A stretch of 64,000 nucleotides of DNA from Planctomycetota bacterium (GTDB lineage Bacteria; Planctomycetota; SZUA-567; H5-PLA8). The notes below the pieces were generated by a model. The model was not told where the DNA came from and did not search any database. It worked only from the letters and a program-made list of their open reading frames with translations. The DNA is taken from NCBI GenBank assembly GCA_038227875.1, contig JBBRPR010000046.1:8261-72260 (forward strand), given 5' to 3'. The first letter of the stretch is position 1. Every line of letters starts with the position of its first letter. This document shows positions 59,142-64,000 of the stretch, piece by piece. A program made the position numbers and the translations under genes.

Positions 59142-60662
59142 ATGCCCTACGTCACCTTGCACCGCCCGGCTCGTCAGCCCCGCGAACGGCTGCTCCTGAT
59201 TGGCGGCTTCCAGCCCGACTTCTACGCCGCACTCCAGCGCACCGATCTGCTTGTGGAAGAAGTCCTCGACGGCAAGGAAGCTCTCGCCTGCGCCGCCCAA
59301 CGGGAGTACGGCGTCGTCGTCTGCTCGCTGCGCATGGCCGGAGCCTGGGGCTTGGACGTCCTCGACGCGATCGTCAAGGCCGATCCCTCGGCTCCGGTAA
59401 TCATGTCCACCGCCGAACAGAGCCCCCAGGTCGTCGTCGACGCCATGCAGCGCGGCGCCTTCGACTACATCATCGAACCCTACACCGACCTCCCCGACGT
59501 CCTGCGCGTAATCGACCGCGCCGTGCTGCGCCGCCTGACGCTCCGCGAAGGCCGCCGCATCCGCGACACGCTGGCCGGCAGTGACGCGCGATTTTTCGAT
59601 GAACTCGTCGGCCGCTCCGCGCCCTTGCGGGAACTCTGTGAGTTAATTCGCCAGGCCGCGCCCTCCGATTCCCCCATCTTGATCGAAGGCCCGTCAGGCG
59701 CCGGAAAAGAACTCGTCGCCCGCGCCATCCACGGCGCCAGTTCGCGCCGCGCGCAGGCGTTCATCTCCGTCAACTGCGGCGCGATGTCCGAAACGCTGCT
59801 GGAAAGCGAATTGTTCGGACACGAAAAAGGCGCGTTCACCGGAGCCGACAGCACGCGCGTGGGCCTGTTTGAAGCCGCGCACGGCGGCACGCTCTTCCTC
59901 GACGAAATCGGCCTGCTCTCGCCGGCCTGCCAGCGCAAACTGCTGCGCGTACTGGAAGGCGGCGTGATCCGCCGCGTCGGCGCCACGCGGGAATTCCAGG
60001 TCGACGTCCGCGTCGTCGCCGCCGGCAACGAAGCGCTCGAGGGGCTGGTGAAGTCCGGCCGCTTCCGCGAAGACCTCTTCTACCGGCTCAACGTCGTCAG
60101 CCTGAATGTCCCCAGCCTCGCCGCGCGCAAGGACGACATCCCGCTGCTCAGCTACCACTTCGCCGCGCGTTTCGCCAAAGCCGCGAAGAAACCGTTCGAA
60201 GCCTTCTCGCCGCAAGCGCTCGCCGCGCTCAGCGCCTACAATTTTCCCGGCAACATCCGCGAACTGCGCAATCTCGTTGAGCGCGCCGTCGTCTTCAGCC
60301 GCGGTCCGGTGATCACGCTATCCGATCTGCCCGAATCCGTTCGCCGCCTCGCACCACTCGATCCAATGGGACCGGCGACCGACCGCCCCGCCGAACGCAG
60401 CGAAAGCACCGCCGCCCGCGACGTTCATTTCCTCACCTCCGGGAATCTGGGCCTCGACGAACGCCTCGAGGGCATCGAAACGGCATTGATCAAGGAAGCG
60501 CTGCGCCAATCCAAAGGCAACCGCAGCCACGCCGCCAAGCTCCTGAAAATCAAACGCACGACGCTGCTGCAAAAGTTGACGCGCCTGAAGTTAGCCGACA
60601 ATACCAGCCGCGTCCGCAAGGCATCCAAGCCCCGACCGCGACGGAAATCGAGCAAGAAATAG
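59142..60662 (+). CDS. Sigma54-dependent NtrC-family activator (degenerate receiver - AAA+ - Fis HTH)
   Basis: GPSGAGKE, GAFTGA, LFLDEI, FREDLFYRL, PGNIREL, HTH 'GNRSHAAKLLKIKRTTL'. Confidence 0.95.
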   Translation: MPYVTLHRPARQPRERLLLIGGFQPDFYAALQRTDLLVEEVLDGKEALACAAQREYGVVVCSLRMAGAWGLDVLDAIVKADPSAPVIMSTAEQSPQVVVDAMQRGAFDYIIEPYTDLPDVLRVIDRAVLRRLTLREGRRIRDTLAGSDARFFDELVGRSAPLRELCELIRQAAPSDSPILIEGPSGAGKELVARAIHGASSRRAQAFISVNCGAMSETLLESELFGHEKGAFTGADSTRVGLFEAAHGGTLFLDEIGLLSPACQRKLLRVLEGGVIRRVGATREFQVDVRVVAAGNEALEGLVKSGRFREDLFYRLNVVSLNVPSLAARKDDIPLLSYHFAARFAKAAKKPFEAFSPQALAALSAYNFPGNIRELRNLVERAVVFSRGPVITLSDLPESVRRLAPLDPMGPATDRPAERSESTAARDVHFLTSGNLGLDERLEGIETALIKEALRQSKGNRSHAAKLLKIKRTTLLQKLTRLKLADNTSRVRKASKPRPRRKSSKK

Positions 60663-60720
60663 TGTCAAATTTTTGACAGTCACTGCACAGCCGCTTCTCT
60701 CCACTGTCATTATTCTGACA
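60663..60720. promoter_or_regulatory. Two TGTCA-N6-TGACA enhancer-like sites
   Basis: TGTCAAATTTTTGACA (60663-60678) and TGTCATTATTCTGACA (60705-60720), 42 bp apart. Confidence 0.7.
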
Positions 60721-60806
60721 CTTAAAGCCCTGTCCCGGCGCCTCGACCATTCCATAAACATTTCAAGCCAAATGCCTTGCAAGATACGCACACAATTTTC
60801 GTCCGT

Positions 60807-60822
60807 TGGCCAATCCGTTGCC
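60807..60822 (+). promoter_or_regulatory. Sigma54 (-24/-12) promoter of the aminotransferase genes
   Basis: TGGCCA-ATCCG-TTGCC, about 35 bp upstream of ATG 60858. Confidence 0.75.
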
Positions 60823-60857
60823 TATAAAGCTCCCGTCGCCCACGGAGATGCCGAAAA

Positions 60858-62099
60858 ATGCCAACGCTCGACGTCGCACCTCAAACCCTTGCCCTCGACG
60901 GCGGTCCCAAAGCCAAGTCCACTCCGTATGGCACCGGAAAACGCTTCGGGCAGGAAGAACTGCAGCAGCTGAGCGAAGCGCTCGACCAGCAAACGCTCTT
61001 CTTCGCCTCGGGAAAGAAGACCCGCGAATTCCGCGAGCGCTTCGCCGCGCGATACGGCATCAAACACTGCGTCACCTGCACCAGCGGCACCGCCGCGCTC
61101 CATATTGCGCTGGCCGCGTGCGGCATCCAGCCCGGCGATCAGGTCATCACCGCCTCAATCACCGACATGGGCACCTGCTCGGCGATCCTGATGTGCGGCG
61201 CGATCCCCGTCTTCGCCGATCTCCATCCCACCAACTTCACGCTCGATCCGGCCTCGGTCGAAAAGTGCATTGGCCCGAAAACCGCCGCGATCGTCGCCGT
61301 TCATCTCACCGGCGCGCCCTGCGACATGGACGCACTGAAAGCCATCGCCACCAAACACAACCTCTGGCTGGTCGAGGATTGCGCGCAGAGCTACCTGACC
61401 GAGTACAAGCGCCAGCTCTGCGGCACGCTCGGCGACATCGGCTGCTTCTCGCTCAACGATTTCAAACACATCTCCGCCGGCGACGCGGGCATGGTGCTTA
61501 CCCACGACGACGAGCTCGCGCACCGGGCCGAACTCTTCGCCGACAAATGCTACGACCGCGCCCCCGGCGCCGCGCGCAACCCGTTCTTCGTCGCTCCGAA
61601 CTACCGCATGAACGAACTCCAGGCCGCCGTCGGTCTCGCGCAACTGGCCAAACTCGATTCCATCGTCGCGCGCCGCCGCCACTACGGCGATGCGCTCCAC
61701 GCCGGCCTCGCTGGATTGCCCGGCCTGATTCCACAAGGCTTCGTCGACGGTGCGCGCCCCAGCTACTGGTTCTACATGTTCCGCATCGATCCGGCCGTAC
61801 TCGGTCCGCGCGAACGCTTCGTCAGCGCGCTGAACGCCGAAGGTCTCAACGCCAGCGCCGGCTACGTCGACCGCGCCACGTACCTCTACGATGTCTTCAC
61901 GAAAAAGCAGGGCTTCGGCGGCAGCGCTTTTCCGTTCTCGCTCGCGCCGGAGATCCAGTACACGCCGGGCCTCTGCCCCCGCGCCGAAGAGATCGTCGAC
62001 CACGTTGTCCGCCTGAGCGTCAATGAATTCTTCACCGATGCCGATCTGCAGCAGACGCTCGCGGGCGTCCGCAAAGTCGTCCACGCTTTCACCCGTTAA
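60858..62099 (+). CDS. DegT/DnrJ/EryC1/StrS family PLP aminotransferase
   Basis: 'TSGTAALH', 'VEDCAQ', 'FSLNDFKHI' (PLP lysine), 'NYRMNELQAAVG'. Confidence 0.93.
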   Translation: MPTLDVAPQTLALDGGPKAKSTPYGTGKRFGQEELQQLSEALDQQTLFFASGKKTREFRERFAARYGIKHCVTCTSGTAALHIALAACGIQPGDQVITASITDMGTCSAILMCGAIPVFADLHPTNFTLDPASVEKCIGPKTAAIVAVHLTGAPCDMDALKAIATKHNLWLVEDCAQSYLTEYKRQLCGTLGDIGCFSLNDFKHISAGDAGMVLTHDDELAHRAELFADKCYDRAPGAARNPFFVAPNYRMNELQAAVGLAQLAKLDSIVARRRHYGDALHAGLAGLPGLIPQGFVDGARPSYWFYMFRIDPAVLGPRERFVSALNAEGLNASAGYVDRATYLYDVFTKKQGFGGSAFPFSLAPEIQYTPGLCPRAEEIVDHVVRLSVNEFFTDADLQQTLAGVRKVVHAFTR

Positions 62100-62110
62100 G
62101 CGAATTTTGG

Positions 62111-62130
62111 ATGGGGAAAATTTTCCCCAT
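62111..62130. promoter_or_regulatory. Perfect 20-bp palindrome, candidate operator upstream of the second aminotransferase
   Basis: ATGGGGAAAATTTTCCCCAT. Confidence 0.55.
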
Positions 62131-62174
62131 GTTGGCTTTTGACCAGCTAGAAAATTCTAAGGAGCCATGCCACC

Positions 62175-63479
62175 GTGCCGACTTCAGCGCCCGTTGAAAA
62201 CGCAACCCTCGCCCTCCATGGCGGCACGCCCGCCGTCTCGGGAACACACGAAGCCATGTTCCGCTGGCCGATCATCACCGAAGAGGACGAGATGGCGGTG
62301 CTGGAAGTTCTTCGCGCCGGCAAGATGTCGGGCGTCGAAGTCACCAAGAAGTACGAAGCCGAATTCGCCGCGTGGCACGGCGTCAAATTCGCCCTCGCGC
62401 ACAACAACGGCACCGCCAGCTTGCACGCCGCGCTCTGGGCCTGCGGCGTCGGCGCCGGCGACGAAGTGATCGGGCCGAGCTTCACCTACTGGGCCAGCGT
62501 CCTTCCAGCGCTCAATCTCGGCGCGAGCGTCGTCTTCGCCGACATCGATCCGCGCAGCCTCACGCTCGATCCGAATGACATCGAAAAACGCATCACGCCT
62601 CGCACCAAGGCGATCGTCGCCGTCCACTACTGCGGCCACCCCTGCGACATGGACCCGATCATGGCCATCGCGCGCCGCCACGGACTCAAGGTCGTCGAAG
62701 ACAACAGCCACGCGCAAGGCGCGCGCTACAAGGGCCGGCTTACCGGCACGCTCGGTGACGTCGCCGGCATCAGCCTGATGAGCGGCAAGTCACTGGCGTG
62801 CGGCGAAGGCGGCATGCTCCTGACCGACGACCCGGTCCTCTACGAACGCGCCGTCGCCTTCGGCCATTACGAACGCACCGGCGGAGCCAGCCGCTACACC
62901 GCGCAGTCTTCCACGCTGAACTCCGTCGATCTGCAGAAGTATGCCGGTGTGCCGTTGGGCGGATTCAAGTACCGCATGCATCAGCTCTCATCCGCGCTCG
63001 GTCGCGTGCAGTTGAAGCACTACGCCGCGCGCAGCGCCGAAATCCGCAGCGCGATGACCCGTTTCTGGTCGCTGCTGGAAGGCACGCCCGGCATCCGTCC
63101 GCACCGCATCGACACGCCCGACAGCCACATGGGCGGCTGGTATAATCCCCTCGCCCATTATGTTCCGGAAGAACTAAACAACACGCCGGTCGAAACTTTC
63201 TGCGCCGCGCTCCGCGCCGAAGGCGTGCCCGCGCAACCCGGCGCCAACGCGCCGCTGCACGCGCACCTGGTCTTCCACGAAGCCGACATCTACCACGACG
63301 GCCGCGCGACAAACCAGACGCCCACGCGCTTCGGCGATCTCCCCGTGACGTCTGCTGTCTCCCGCCGCTGTTTCAACGTCCCCTGGTTCAAACACGACGA
63401 CGCTGAAATCATTGCGCAGTACGCACACGCCATAAAAAAGGTGGCGGCCAATTGCAGCGCGCTCAAATCTCTTTCTTGA
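62175..63479 (+). CDS. DegT/DnrJ/EryC1/StrS family PLP aminotransferase (second paralogue)
   Basis: 'NNGTASLH', 'VEDNSHAQG', 'SLMSGKSLACGEGG', 'KYRMHQL'. Confidence 0.93.
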   Translation: MPTSAPVENATLALHGGTPAVSGTHEAMFRWPIITEEDEMAVLEVLRAGKMSGVEVTKKYEAEFAAWHGVKFALAHNNGTASLHAALWACGVGAGDEVIGPSFTYWASVLPALNLGASVVFADIDPRSLTLDPNDIEKRITPRTKAIVAVHYCGHPCDMDPIMAIARRHGLKVVEDNSHAQGARYKGRLTGTLGDVAGISLMSGKSLACGEGGMLLTDDPVLYERAVAFGHYERTGGASRYTAQSSTLNSVDLQKYAGVPLGGFKYRMHQLSSALGRVQLKHYAARSAEIRSAMTRFWSLLEGTPGIRPHRIDTPDSHMGGWYNPLAHYVPEELNNTPVETFCAALRAEGVPAQPGANAPLHAHLVFHEADIYHDGRATNQTPTRFGDLPVTSAVSRRCFNVPWFKHDDAEIIAQYAHAIKKVAANCSALKSLS

Positions 63480-63495
63480 GTGTTTCAACGGGCTG

Positions 63496-64000
63496 CTAAG
63501 GAAGACAGAACGTGAATTCGTCTTTCGTTAGAAATCCGAGTTTGCCGTCTTGAACAATTCCGGAGACTCGGCCGTGGATGCCGAGTGGACCGTCGCCCTT
63601 GGTCACGAGTTTGTGCACCATTTTTCCCGTGGCTACTTCGTAGACTCGCATTTCAAAATTGCGCCCGTCTTCGATCTGTGCGACCAGGTGCTTATCGAAC
63701 ACATGCGGGTACAGGTAGACTTTCGGCTTGGCCTGGAAACCTTCTTCCTTGGCGGGATTGAAAAGCTTTTTCCCCGTTGCGCATTCGTAACCGACCAGCA
63801 GAAAACCCTGTCCCGGATGCAAGGCCAATCCGTATAGATTCTTGCCATCCATCACCACTGAGTACGTGGGCAACGGCGCATTGCCATCCTTTGGATTGGT
63901 CGTCCAGAGCATCTCGCCGGTTTCCGCGTTCATCATGTGGAACGCCTTGTCCGTGAAATCCTCCTTGAGCACCCCGAAGTATTTTCCCTTCGCGAAGAAG
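63496..64000 (-). CDS. C-terminal part of a PQQ-like beta-propeller repeat protein (partial)
   Basis: 'NAETGEMLW', 'ECATGKKLF', 'EVATGKMV' repeats; frame appears to continue past the window edge. Confidence 0.7.
   Translation of the reverse strand, partial: FFAKGKYFGVLKEDFTDKAFHMMNAETGEMLWTTNPKDGNAPLPTYSVVMDGKNLYGLALHPGQGFLLVGYECATGKKLFNPAKEEGFQAKPKVYLYPHVFDKHLVAQIEDGRNFEMRVYEVATGKMVHKLVTKGDGPLGIHGRVSGIVQDGKLGFLTKDEFTFCLP

Overview
A GC-rich bacterial chromosomal segment. Its gene content (DUF1549/DUF1553 protein, MoxR-DUF58-BatA-vWA operon, pilin-like proteins, kinase-FGE fusion) points to Planctomycetota; this is inferred from recognised families, not from a search. The backbone carries a ParDE-type TA pair, a NitT/TauT-type ABC transporter, secreted enzymes, two hybrid histidine kinases, hemB, a ManC-like gene, groES-groEL, a MoxR/vWA operon and a sigma54 activator followed by two DegT-family aminotransferases. 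The most striking feature is a 5.6-kb integrative element inserted in the 3' end of tRNA-Arg(TCG), bounded by 28-bp direct repeats at 16100-16127 and 21702-21729. The att core lies inside the 3' end of its own tyrosine integrase gene. The integrated form stops right after the core (413 aa), but excision would fuse the gene in frame to an open 122-codon extension at the other end (535 aa), i.e. a recombination-switched integrase C-terminus. The element also has a Prim-Pol gene with an internal iteron-like array, two excisionase-like HTH genes and candidate arm-type sites. Other notable signals: a five-gene cluster of proteins with internal second signal peptides ('A|DxxP'), three GGAAAATTTTCC-centred palindromes, three sigma54 promoters (one with paired enhancers), two frameshifted genes, and a different inverted or tandem repeat in each gap of the MoxR operon.
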